The position numbers and the translations under genes were made by a program. From an uncultured delta proteobacterium (GTDB taxonomy: Bacteria; Desulfobacterota; Desulfobacteria; Desulfobacterales; JAHEIW01): a stretch of 64,000 bases of DNA. The DNA is taken from contig CAVPNL010000004.1 of assembly GCA_963706575.1 (NCBI GenBank), positions 32,001 to 96,000 on the forward strand, read 5' to 3'. Of the stretch, positions 9,132-19,541 are shown piece after piece. Numbering within the stretch: the first letter of the stretch is position 1; each line of letters begins with the position of its first letter. The notes under the pieces were generated by a model. That model was given only the letters and a program-made list of their open reading frames with translations, had not been told where the DNA came from and did not search any database.

Positions 9132-9626
9132 TTATTCATACTTATCAAGCATTTCAATGACTTTGTCGGCTTTGACATCCCCGTAAGTATCCTGATCCAC
9201 CACCACAACCGGTGCCAGGCCGCAAGCTCCCAGACATCGGACCGCTTCCAGCGTAAAACGCCGATCTTCGGTCGTGTCGCCTTCTGCGATCCGGTATTGG
9301 TTGCCGATACGACTTATGACTTCTTTGATGCCTTTCACATAACAGGCGGTGCCCATGCAGGCCTTGATCTGGTGCCTGCCTTTGGGCGCCAGCGCAAAAA
9401 GCGAGTAAAAGGAAGCCACCCCGAAAACTTCACTGCGCGAAAGATTGAGACCGTCGCTGATATAATCGATAAGCTCAACCGGCAGCCAGCCGACGACATC
9501 CTGGCATTCACGCAAAACACCTATGATCGAACCGGGGATTTCTTTGTTATCACCAATAATTTTCTCAATCTTAGGCCACATTTCATCTGTAATTTCAGGA
9601 TGTTCAGGACGGGCGTCAGGTGTCAT
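9132..9626 (-). CDS. NuoE/HydC-like 2Fe-2S subunit
   Basis: GVASFYSLF, CMGTACYVKG, RCLGACGLAPV. Confidence 0.95.
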   Translation of the reverse strand: MTPDARPEHPEITDEMWPKIEKIIGDNKEIPGSIIGVLRECQDVVGWLPVELIDYISDGLNLSRSEVFGVASFYSLFALAPKGRHQIKACMGTACYVKGIKEVISRIGNQYRIAEGDTTEDRRFTLEAVRCLGACGLAPVVVVDQDTYGDVKADKVIEMLDKYE

Positions 9627-9864
9627 TTGCAGATCTCCCTCGTTTGCACACGTTTACGACAGATCCGATTGAGCCGGATTGTAAACGATCATCAACAGGC
9701 GTCATCAATTACCCAAAAGAATCACGGGCGGGGTCAGGTGTTTAAGGGAGTGTGTATGCCACAGTGTAATAAAAAAGTCAACGAGAACATATTGTTTCCA
9801 CACTTGATATCTGTTGGCTTGACGAAGACAATTTGCTGCACTAAAATGGCGTTTTCTCTAACCT

Positions 9865-9997
9865 AATTTGAGCGATTGTCGAGGTTGCCGCAGCTACAAG
9901 GAAGATGTCGTTCCGCTATAGTTGACTATGCAAAAAGGCGGACGGCATCTGACGCCGTAGATGCGGTAAGATCGGCAATCCCGAAGGGTTTCAAATT
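9865..9997. repeat. ~130-bp long imperfect palindrome (MITE-like or structured RNA)
   Basis: Nested pairings AATTTGA/TCAAATT, GATTGTCGA/TCGGCAATC, TTGCCGCA-GCTAC/GTAG-ATGCGGTAA, AGATGTCG/CGGCATCT around a central ATAGTTGACTAT. Confidence 0.7.
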
Positions 9998-10090
9998 TAA
10001 ATCGATATGATTCCTTAATAATAAGATATTTCACCTATTTTTTAAGTTTGAAACGATCAATTTAGGTCCTAAGTACCTTAAGAGGGCAGC

Positions 10091-10930
10091 ATGCAAAACT
10101 TGACGCAACGACTGGCAGAAACGGTCGATTTTATTAAAGGCCGGATAAAGGATATGCCCTATATCGGTCTGCTAACCGGCACCGGCCTGGGTGAAAGTGC
10201 CGAATCGATAACGGTCGAGACAAGCATCAATTATCAGGATATTCCTCATTTTCCGATATCAACGGTTCAAACCCATATTGGCCGCATGCTCAGTGGCTAC
10301 ATGAACGGCTGCCCGGTCATTGCCATGCAGGGCCGATTTCATTTATATGAAGGGTATCATCCCCTCGAAGTTACTTTTCCCATCAGGGTAATGCAGCAGC
10401 TCGGCGTAAAAATTCTGATCCTTTCAAATGCCGCCGGCGGCCTGAATCCTGAATTTAATCCGGGCGATATCATGCTGATAGCCGATCATATTAATCTCAC
10501 CGGAACAAACCCGCTGATCGGCCCCAATATAGACAGCTGGGGCAAACGATTCCCCGACATGACCCGGGCCTATGATGAAACGCTAATCGATGCGGCCGAG
10601 CGCATCGCCAAAACAGCCGGAGCACGTCTGCAAAAAGGAATATACGTAGGGCTCACAGGGCCCTCGCTTGAAACGCCGTCGGAAGTAAAATTTTTACAAA
10701 CCATTGGCGCCGAAGCCGTCGGGTTTTCAACCGTGCAGGAAGTTATTGCCGCCGTCCACAGCGGTATGCGGGTGCTGGGATTATCAATTATTACCAACGT
10801 CCATAATCCGGACGATCCCGTTCCGGCTACTGTTGAAGAAATCATTGAAGTGGCCAAAGGGGCGACTCCCCTGCTGGAAACGATTATAAAAGGGATCACT
10901 GAAAAAATATATGAAACCGAAATCCGCTGA
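10091..10930 (+). CDS. punA: Purine nucleoside phosphorylase, trimeric (PNP/MTAP) family
   Basis: GTGLG, QGRFHLYEG, SNAAGG, DHINL, GPSLETPSE, IITN. Confidence 0.9.
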   Translation: MQNLTQRLAETVDFIKGRIKDMPYIGLLTGTGLGESAESITVETSINYQDIPHFPISTVQTHIGRMLSGYMNGCPVIAMQGRFHLYEGYHPLEVTFPIRVMQQLGVKILILSNAAGGLNPEFNPGDIMLIADHINLTGTNPLIGPNIDSWGKRFPDMTRAYDETLIDAAERIAKTAGARLQKGIYVGLTGPSLETPSEVKFLQTIGAEAVGFSTVQEVIAAVHSGMRVLGLSIITNVHNPDDPVPATVEEIIEVAKGATPLLETIIKGITEKIYETEIR

Positions 10931-12228
10931 TACCCTGGTGACGAACGGAACCGTACTGACCCTATGTGCAGGCGATACCGAAATTATCAATGGCGCAGTT
11001 GCCATCGACAAAGATACCATCACGGCCGTCGGGTCGGCCGATGAATTTAACGACTGGCGCATATCACAAGTTATCGATGCTCACGGCGGAATCATCATGC
11101 CGGGATTGATTAATTCCCACACCCACGCCGCCATGACCTGTTTCAGAGGGCTGGCCGATGACCTTCCTTTGATGACCTGGCTCAATGATCATATTTTCCC
11201 GGCCGAGGCAAAACTGGATGATCAAAAGGTCTATTCAGGCACATTGCTGGCCTGCGCTGAAATGATCATGTCCGGCACCACCTGTTTCTGCGACATGTAT
11301 CTGTTTGAGGATGCGGTCGCCCGGGCCGCCAAAGACGCCGGCATGCGCGCTGTTGTCGGAGAAGTTCTCTATGATTTTGATTCACCCAATTATGGGCCCA
11401 TCGAAAACGGAATTGGATATACCCAAAAACTGATCGATTCCTGGCAGGAAGATCCCCTGGTCAGCATAGCCGTCGAGCCGCATTCAGCCTATCTTTGTGC
11501 GCCGGAATTGCTGCAAAAAGCCTTTAAGCTGGCGCAATCCCATAATCTAACGTTTGTGATCCATCTGGCCGAATCCAAAAGTGAGGTTGAACAAATACAG
11601 CAACGCTTTGAGCGCACACCGGTCGAATACCTTGCTGAACTCGGAGTTCTAGCCCCCAACGTACTTGCCTGCCATTGTGTAGAGCTCACTGAAAAGGACA
11701 TCGCCTTGCTGCAGCGCTTTGATGTAAAAGTCGCTCATAATGCCGAAAGCAATATGAAACTGGCATCCGGGGTGGCACCGATCCCCCGGTTAATTGATGA
11801 AGGCATCTGTGTGGGGATGGGAACGGATGGATGTGCCAGTAACAACGATCTGGATCTTTTTCAGGAAATGGATAGCGTGGCCAAACTTCACAAGGCCAAA
11901 AGTCTGGATCCAACGGTAATGGACGCCCGGACCGTATTAAAAATGGCCACCATCAGCGGCGCAAGGGCTCTGGGCCTCGATCCGGTTCATCGGCTCCCTC
12001 GAGAAAGGCAAAAAAGCAGATCTAATCATTGTCGACACAAACAAGCCTCATCTGACGCCCATGTACAATCCGGTCTCTCACCTGGTGTACGCGGCGATAG
12101 GAAGCGACGTCACCACCTCAATCATTAATGGCCATGTCGTTATGGAGGATGGCACGATTAAAACGATGGACATCAAAGCGGTCATGGACGATGTCAACAT
12201 GATAGCAAAAGAAATAGCAACCGGATAA
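10911..12228 (+). CDS. mtaD: MtaD-like amidohydrolase (MTA/SAH or 5'-deoxyadenosine deaminase), one +1 frameshift near 11985
   Basis: [31 protein letters not shown]. After the shift it reads [14 protein letters not shown]...HLVY to TAA 12226-12228. Confidence 0.85.
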
Positions 12229-12301
12229 AGAATTGCCTTGAGGATTTTTCACATAGCTGCTTGATGGCCATTTGGAGCAATGGAGTGTTGGAGTAAATTC
12301 A

Positions 12302-12390
12302 ATTGCGGATTTTAGATTGCGGATTGCAGATTGAAATATTAGACATGTCGTACATTTAAAATCCGCAATCCGCAATCCAAAATCTAAAAT
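12302..12390. repeat. Heptamer (GATTGCG)n inverted repeat element
   Basis: GATTGCGGATTGCAGATT...AATCCGCAATCCGCAATCCAAAATCTAAA; window positions 11-40 are the exact reverse complement of the right arm. Confidence 0.75.
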
Positions 12391-12402
12391 CAGCGTGATC
12401 CC

Positions 12403-13726
12403 ATGCCTTACGATCTAGTCGTCCATAATGGAACCATTGTGACCGTCAATGATTCATTTGAAATTATCCCAAATGGTCTGATTTGCGTAAAGGCAGGCAA
12501 ACTCGAGCGTGTCGAAAACCTGGCGGACGATCAATCGCTTCCGGCCGCAGATGAAATCATCGATGCCGGGGGCGGTCTCGTTATGCCGGGTCTGATCAAC
12601 ACCCACACCCATCTTCCCATGACCCTGTTTCGCGGCCTGGCGGATGATCTGCCGCTGAATATCTGGTTAAACCAACACATTTTTCCCGCAGAGAGTGCCC
12701 ACATCAACCCCGAGCGTGTTCGCTGGGCGATCTTTATTAGCCTGCGCTGAAATGTTACTTTGCGGAGCGACCACTTGCTGTGACGGATATTTTTATGAAA
12801 ACGAGGTGGCTGAGGCCGTGCAAACCAGCGGCATGCGCGCCGTATTGGCCCAGGGGGTGATTGACTTTCCGGCACCGGGCGTGCCGGATCCGAAGAGATA
12901 ATCTTAAGATACCCGCTGCCTTTATTGCCAGATGGCAAAACCGGACGTCTCTGATCAGCCCATCCGTATTTTGCCATTCGGCCTATACCTGCAGCGCGGA
13001 AACCTTGAAAAAAGCCAAGGCGCTTTGCGTTGAAAAAGGCTTGCTCTTTCAAATTCACGTGGCGGAAACCCAATATGAGTGCCGGCAAATCCAGGATGAA
13101 CATCAGTGCACCCCGATCCAGTATCTCGATCGTTTGGAAATACTGGATGAAAATACCTTGCTGATACATTGTGTCTGGTTAACCGATGAAGATATCGCAA
13201 TTATCGCTGCGCGCAAAGCCGGCATTTCCCACAACCCGGAGAGCAATGCCAAATTGGCTTCGGGGATCGCACCGATACCGGAAATTTTGAGGTTCGGCAT
13301 ACCGGTCGGGCTCGGCACAGATGGATGTGCCAGCAACAACAACCTGGATCTGTTTCATGAAATGGACATGGCGGCCAAACTTCACAAGGCGGCCTCATTT
13401 GATCCAACCACAATGGATGCGAGAACCGTGGTTGAGATGGCAACCATCGGCGGCGCCAAAGCCATCGGCCTTGGCACCCATACTCGGCTCTCTTGAAGTC
13501 GGCAAACAGGCGGACGTGATCATCATCGATACCGCAAGATCGCATCTGTCACCGATTTACCACCCGGAGTCTCATATCGTCTATGCGGCCAAGAGCTCGG
13601 ACGTGCGCGACGTCGTGGTGGACGGTCGTGTCCGGGTTCGAAGATCGAAAGGTGCTCAGCCTGGATGTTGAAGAGATTATGGCCAAGGTCCGGGAGATCG
13701 CAAATCATATCAAAAAAGACCGGTGA
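12403..13726 (+). CDS. Second MtaD-like amidohydrolase, four apparent +1 frameshifts (~12728, 12892, 13484, 13640)
   Basis: Consecutive ORF pieces join into one enzyme: PGLINTHTH, LACAEM...[39 protein letters not shown], ending TGA 13724-13726. Confidence 0.8.
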
Positions 13727-13873
13727 TACCTGGCCAATAGATTTAAGGTTAATTAATGTATCATTCACCACAGAGTTCACAGAGCACACAGAGAAAATAC
13801 TCAACATTGGTTTCTATCATTTTATTATAAATCTCTGTCGTAAAACAAACTCATATAAAAATGGACCTTAACA

Positions 13874-15587
13874 ATGAATCTGAATGAAATCATTAAAGGC
13901 GGCACACGGCGAAAAACCGGTTGATCTGCTTTTAACAAACGCGCAGATCATCAATGTATTTGCGGGCGAGGTCGTAGCGGATTCAATTGCCATCAGTGAT
14001 GGGATGATCGTCGGCTTCGGACCATACGAGGCCCAAAATGTCGTGGATCTAAACGGTCGATATGTCGCTCCCGGTTTTATTGATGGACATGTCCATATTG
14101 AAAGCTCAATGGCTTGCATTTCCGAATTCGCCCGGGCAGTCGTCGTACATGGTACCACGACCGTAGCGGCCGATCCCCATGAAATCGCTAACGTGCTGGG
14201 ATCAGCGGGAATCGAATATATGCTGCAGTCGGCAGAACAACAACCCATGAATATCTATTTTACCCTGCCGTCGTGCGTACCGGCTACCGATATGGAAACC
14301 GCCGGTGCGCGCCTAACCGCTGAAGACCTGCGGCCATTTTTAAATAAAGAAAGAATTATCGCACTGGCTGAGATGATGAATTTTCCTGGCGTTATCTATC
14401 GGGATCCGGATGTTTTGGCCAAAATACTCGCTGCCCGGCAGCAAAAAAAGCCGATCGACGGTCACGCGCCCGGGCTCACAGGACAGGCGCTTTATGCTTA
14501 TATCTCAGCCGGCATTCAAAGTGATCATGAATGCACCACCGCGCAGGAAGCCAGAGAAAAGCTCATGGCCGGTATGTACATCATGGTCCGACAGGGAACC
14601 TGTGCCAAAAATTTGCAGGCTCTGTTGCCGGCCGTGAGCGAAAAAACAGCCCGGCGGATGATGTGGTGCACTGATGATCGGCACCCCCATGATCTGATCG
14701 CAGAGGGTCATATTGATTCTATCGTGTATGAAGCCATTCAATCCGGTCTGGACCCGATTTTAGCGATCCAAATGGCGACCCTGAATCCGGCAGAATATTT
14801 CAAATTAGACCACCTGGGCGCTCTTGCGCCCGGCAAACAGGCCGATCTGGTTGTATTTTCAAATTTAAAAAAACCGATCATTGAAAAAGTATATTGCCGG
14901 GGAATCTTAACTGCCGAAAACGGAAAAATATCACCGAATATTCAGGTTCCTCCAGCGGCCACCGTCCCTCCATCGATGCATGTTAATCTTCAGAATATCG
15001 ATTTCGCAATATCTGCTGATAAAAAACAAGTTCGAGTAATTGAAATTGTGCCGGAACAGGTGATTACCCATCAGCTTATCGAAGAGATAACGGTTAAAAA
15101 TAGTCAAGCGGTAAGCGATCCTTCAAAGGATATGCTTAAAATAGCGGTTATTGAACGTCACAAAGGCACCGGCAATATCGGCATGGGCTTTGTTAAAGGC
15201 TTCGGCTTAAAACACGGCGCCCTGGCTTCCAGTGTTGCCCATGATTCTCATAATATTATTGTGGCCGGCACCACAGATGAGGACATGCGAGCCGCAATGG
15301 AAGCGGTGGTGAAAATGGGAGGCGGCCTGGCTGCCGTATCTGATACCCATATTCTGGCTGAACTGGCGTTGCCGGTTGCGGGACTGATGTCTTTGGAACC
15401 GGTCCAGAGTATCCGCGATCAACTGGACAGCCTCATTGGAGTTGCACATGGCATGGGGACCACATTAAAGGATCCGTTCATGACCCTTTCCTTTTTGGCC
15501 CTGCCCGTGATACCGGAGTTAAAGCTGACCGATATCGGGCTGGTCGATGTGAATAAGTTTGAAGTGGTGCCATTGTTTGTTGAATAG
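13874..15587 (+). CDS. ade: Adenine deaminase
   Basis: PGFIDGHVHIESS, DPHEIANV, DGHAPG, SDHEC, CTDDRHP, SSVAHDSHN. Likely true start ATG 13874 (MNLNEII) with a +1 error near 13897. Confidence 0.95.
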
Positions 15588-15606
15588 CAGCTGGTCGCTG
15601 TCATTT

Positions 15607-15724
15607 AGGTGTCAGTGTTCAGGTGTCAGGATTACGAATCTGATGACGCGAGAATCATGAAATTCCGCATTCTGTCATCTGTTTGCTGATCCGCCTCCGG
15701 CGGAACACCCGAAACCTGAAACCT
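15607..15724. repeat. Short-period inverted repeat (AGGTGTC/GAAACCT family)
   Basis: AGGTGTCAGTGTTCAGGTGTCAGG...CCCGAAACCTGAAACCT. Confidence 0.55.
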
Positions 15725-15763
15725 TTATTAATAACAAGCAATCAGGAACAGCCGCACTTACCA

Positions 15764-15793
15764 TTGACACGCGTGCATGCTATACTTTATAAT
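15764..15793 (+). promoter_or_regulatory. Consensus sigma70 promoter of the DRTGG/kinase/hydrogenase-like operon
   Basis: TTGACA-18 nt-TATAAT about 100 bp upstream of ATG 15895. Confidence 0.7.
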
Positions 15794-15894
15794 TTTGCAT
15801 TCTTTAATTGGATTTTTTTTAACGGGAATTGTCAAGCGGTCGGCTTTGAGACACGGCCGGCCCTAAAAACGGAGTGAAATGACGGTAACCACAT

Positions 15895-16248
15895 ATGAAG
15901 CTATCAGAAATAGTTGAGACCCTGGATGCGACCCTTTTGATCGGCGAGGATAAACTGAATCAAGATATCACCAAATGTGGTGCCAGCGACTTGATGAGCG
16001 ATGTTCTGGCTGCAATTTGTGAAGGCTGTATTTTATTGACCGGCCTGACAACAGTCCAGGTGATACGGACCGCCAGCGTCGCCGGGGTCGGGGCGGTGGC
16101 ATTTGTCAGGGGTAAAAAGCCTCCCCCGGAAGTGGTCGAAATGGCCGGCATTCAGGGGCTGCCGTTAATATCGAGCCCGTATTCCATGTTTGTCTCCTGC
16201 GGCAGGCTGCACGCCTGTAATCTTACGGGGCTTAACGGGCAACGATAA
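15895..16248 (+). CDS. DRTGG-domain protein
   Basis: GASDLMSDVL, ILLTGLTT.QVIRTA, FVRGKKP. Confidence 0.88.
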   Translation: MKLSEIVETLDATLLIGEDKLNQDITKCGASDLMSDVLAAICEGCILLTGLTTVQVIRTASVAGVGAVAFVRGKKPPPEVVEMAGIQGLPLISSPYSMFVSCGRLHACNLTGLNGQR

Positions 16249-16305
16249 CCGATCGCAAATTGCCTCATATCAACGATATAGCGCTACAGTGATTTTCCAG
16301 CGACG

Positions 16306-16746
16306 ATGGTTAAATTCAAAAAAAGCTTTCATATAAAAGGTAGAGATTTTATCCGCGCCGGAGAAGCCGCGATCAACGTGCAAAATCTTCTCAAGTCGAT
16401 GGATTTTGATTCCCGCCTGATTCGGCGCGTTGCCATCTGCGGCTATGAAAGCGAAATGAATGTCGTCATGCACGCCGGCGATGGCTCCTTGAGCCTTGAG
16501 ATCGACACGGACAGGCTGACTCTAGAAATTTCCGATGATGGCCCCGGTATCGAAGATATTGACCTGGCGATGCAGGCCGGTTACTCGACAGCCAACGACG
16601 ATCACCGTGAAATGGGTTTCGGAGCCGGCATGGGCCTGCCGAATATGAAAAAAAATTCAGATCAGATTCACATTGAGTCAAACAATGGCCAGGGAACTGT
16701 GGTTCGAATGATTTTTTTCCTGCCGGAGGGAGGGAAAACAGATTGA
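16306..16746 (+). CDS. RsbT/RsbW-like anti-sigma factor Ser/Thr kinase (HATPase_c)
   Basis: YESEMNVVMHA (N box), DDGPGIEDI, GYSTA, GFGAGMGLPNM, GQGTVV. Confidence 0.9.
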   Translation: MVKFKKSFHIKGRDFIRAGEAAINVQNLLKSMDFDSRLIRRVAICGYESEMNVVMHAGDGSLSLEIDTDRLTLEISDDGPGIEDIDLAMQAGYSTANDDHREMGFGAGMGLPNMKKNSDQIHIESNNGQGTVVRMIFFLPEGGKTD

Positions 16747-18053
16747 GCCCAAAACTAACATCGACTCACTATGTCCGTTTTGACCAAGACCTCTGCGCCG
16801 GCTGTGGCTCGTGTCTGCGGGTCTGCCCCACCAAAGCCATCCGCGTTAAAAAGAAAAAGGCCATCCGCATCGTAGAACAATGCATCGGCTGCGGCGAATG
16901 CATTCGCATCTGCCGCGAAGGCGCCGTCAGTGCGGCCAGTGAAAGCCCCAAAGTGCTGGGAGAAAATCATGTGGCTATCGCCCTGGTTTCACCGGTGCTC
17001 TATGCGCAGTTTCCCGGGGTGATGCCCAAAGACGTGCTCCTGGGACTGCGCCATATGGGCTTTGAGCACACCATCGACATGTCTTATTTTCTTGAAATAT
17101 TCCAATTTGCGACCGAAGAATTCATCAGCCGCAATCGAAAATCCCAAACGGCCCCCTGGCCGCTGATTTCTCCGGTATGCCCGGTGGTGGTGCGGCTCAT
17201 CGCTTTTCGATTTCCCAACCTTTTACCCAATGTGTTGCCGGTGTTGAGGCCGGTGGCCCTAATGGCGCGGGAAGTCAAATCGCGCCTGATACCCGAGTAC
17301 AGCAAAAAAGGAAAAGGCGTTGTCCTGTATTATATCAATCCCTGTCCCACTAAAAAAGAACCGGCACCCTTGCCCCGCCACAAACGAACGGGTCCCGCTG
17401 AAGTCGCTCTGGGAATCAACGATATATATCCCGAACTGGTCAAACATGTGGACCAGATAGAAGCCGCGGACGGTATTCCTTTTTATCAAACCCGTTTTGA
17501 ATATGAAACATGCGCAACCGGCAACGCGTCCATGTGGGGGATGTCCGGTGGAGAAATTGCCGACATGGATATTGAGAAATCTCTGGCGGTTTCCGGCATG
17601 GAGGAAACCATCAGCTATCTGGAAAAAATTGAATTGGGGTTGTTTCAGGATATTGAGTATATCGAGTTTAGGACCTGCCGCGAAGGCTGCCTGGGCGGCG
17701 TGCTGACCGCCATAGATAAATACCTTGCCAAGGGCGCCGTCCAAAAGATGATCAAACGGTTTGGGCTGGGAAGACGCTTGCACCGCGAAAATATTATGCG
17801 GATGTACGATAAAGGAGAATTCCAAAGCGAAAAAAAACCAGCCAAATTGACCAGTCTGTTTGGCACCAATAAAGAAGCCCTGTCGATCGATAGTATGCAG
17901 AAAATTGAGAAAGTTATGGAATTAATCCAGGGCACAGACTGCTCAGCATGTGGCGCACCGGACTGCCGGACTTTTGCTGAAGATGTGGTGCGGGGAAATG
18001 CCGCCCTGAAGGAATGTCTTTTTATCGGCGCGCGCGCAAAAAAAAAGGATTGA
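16743..18053 (+). CDS. [FeFe]-hydrogenase-like protein, group D/sensory type
   Basis: N-terminal 2x[4Fe-4S]; H-cluster-like motifs ISPVCP, INPCPTKK, EFRTCREGCLGG; C-terminal DCSACGAPDC...EC FeS domain. Confidence 0.85.
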   Translation: MSPKLTSTHYVRFDQDLCAGCGSCLRVCPTKAIRVKKKKAIRIVEQCIGCGECIRICREGAVSAASESPKVLGENHVAIALVSPVLYAQFPGVMPKDVLLGLRHMGFEHTIDMSYFLEIFQFATEEFISRNRKSQTAPWPLISPVCPVVVRLIAFRFPNLLPNVLPVLRPVALMAREVKSRLIPEYSKKGKGVVLYYINPCPTKKEPAPLPRHKRTGPAEVALGINDIYPELVKHVDQIEAADGIPFYQTRFEYETCATGNASMWGMSGGEIADMDIEKSLAVSGMEETISYLEKIELGLFQDIEYIEFRTCREGCLGGVLTAIDKYLAKGAVQKMIKRFGLGRRLHRENIMRMYDKGEFQSEKKPAKLTSLFGTNKEALSIDSMQKIEKVMELIQGTDCSACGAPDCRTFAEDVVRGNAALKECLFIGARAKKKD

Positions 18054-18105
18054 GCCGCTGATTGACAATCATACGGCGAAAACAGACGGGAAAGGATTTT
18101 GACGG

Positions 18106-18456
18106 ATGTTGGTAAAAGATCTGGTGGAAAAATTTGACCTATCAATCGTTGCGGGCAAAAATGGGCTTGATCGTGAGGTCCTCGACGGTTACTGCGGCGA
18201 TTTGTTGAGCGAAATAATGGGCAACGCTCCGGCAGGCTGTGTCTGGTTGACGGTTCAGGGGCATCAAAATATTGTCGCGGTGGCCGTGCTGCGTGAAATG
18301 GCCGCCATCCTTATCACCGGTGGCCAAAAGCCGGATGAAGAAACCATCCGGAAGGCGGATCAGGAGGGCATTCCCATTTTATTATGGCCCGAATCATCCT
18401 ATCGCTTGGCCGGCCGCATTTTTAGTGCCGGCGTCGGGAATCTAAGCACCGAATAA
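18106..18456 (+). CDS. DRTGG-domain protein (HPr-kinase N-terminal-like)
   Basis: GYCGDLLSEIMG, VWLTVQGHQNIVAVA. Confidence 0.88.
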   Translation: MLVKDLVEKFDLSIVAGKNGLDREVLDGYCGDLLSEIMGNAPAGCVWLTVQGHQNIVAVAVLREMAAILITGGQKPDEETIRKADQEGIPILLWPESSYRLAGRIFSAGVGNLSTE

Positions 18457-18609
18457 TTTACGGATTCAGCATTTAACAGCACGAATGTTAGTACACCTTA
18501 CAATTTCACCACAAAGTTCACGAAGGGCACAAAGAAAGAATTTACTATTATTAAAAAATCTTTGTGTACTTCGTGGTTGGGTAACCGCTCCATTTTAGGG
18601 AACCAGCCG

Positions 18610-19356
18610 TTGTTAAAAAAATACAAAGCCGACCTCCACATTCACTCCTGCCTTTCACCATGCAGCGATTGGGATATGAGCCCCAAAAAAATTATCGAGA
18701 AAAGCCTTGAACGACAGCTCGATTTAATCGCCATCTGTGACCACAACACCGCCGAAAACGCGGCGGCAACTTCACGGGAGGGAACCCGGCAGGGCATTAC
18801 CGTTTTGCCAGGGATGGAAATCTGTTCCAGAGAAGAAGTGCATCTGGTAACCCTTTTTAAAAAAATTGAAGACGCTCTGAAAATGCAGGAATTTATTTAC
18901 GCCCATCTGCCGGGGGAAAATCAACCGGAAGTATTCGGGCATCAGGTCGTCGCCGATGAGCACGACCAGGTCCTGGGAGAAAACGCCCGCCTGCTGATCG
19001 GTGCCACCCGGCTCAGTTTACATGATATTGTTGCTAAGGCTCATCATCTCGGCGCCATCTGCATCAGTTCCCATGTTGACCGTCCGTCGTACAGTCTGAT
19101 CGGCCAGCTTGGATTCATCCCCGAGGATTTACATTTGGACGCCGTGGAGGTTTCTTATCGGATACCCCTTGATAAAGCCCTGACCGAGGTGCCGGGCATA
19201 AAGGATTATCCCTGTGTGACCGCTTCAGATGCACATTTTTTGAGAGATATCGGCAAGGTGTGGACGGAATTCATCTTAGCCGCCCCCACACTGGAAGAAA
19301 TCCAAATGGCACTGGCCGGAACCGAAGGGCGCAGGATTGTCAACAAGAGCGAATGA
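18610..19356 (+). CDS. PHP-domain phosphoesterase
   Basis: ADLHIHSCLSPC, ICDHN, GMEI..REEVH, SHVDR, SDAH; TTG start 18610. Confidence 0.92.
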   Translation: MLKKYKADLHIHSCLSPCSDWDMSPKKIIEKSLERQLDLIAICDHNTAENAAATSREGTRQGITVLPGMEICSREEVHLVTLFKKIEDALKMQEFIYAHLPGENQPEVFGHQVVADEHDQVLGENARLLIGATRLSLHDIVAKAHHLGAICISSHVDRPSYSLIGQLGFIPEDLHLDAVEVSYRIPLDKALTEVPGIKDYPCVTASDAHFLRDIGKVWTEFILAAPTLEEIQMALAGTEGRRIVNKSE

Positions 19357-19541
19357 TATCCAGTCTTGTGTAGATTGAGACTTAACCACAAAGTTCACAA
19401 AGGACACAAAGGAAATAATTTATAAAAAATTTAATTCATCTGTTTTCACCTTTGTGCTCTTTGTGTCTTTGTGGTGAGTAAAGTCTTCACAATCGATCTG
19501 AAAACAGCAGTTGTAGCACAGCGGAAAGTCTTATGGTATAA

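Noticed and set aside
6913..9626. Respiratory complex I (nuo) operon
   Set aside because: No other nuo subunits; domain layout and neighbours match HydB/HydC-type soluble modules.
11980..13900. Programmed frameshifting or phase variation
   Set aside because: The breaks are not at shared slippery motifs or long homopolymers, several occur per gene, and all read as +1 insertions, which fits sequencing error better.
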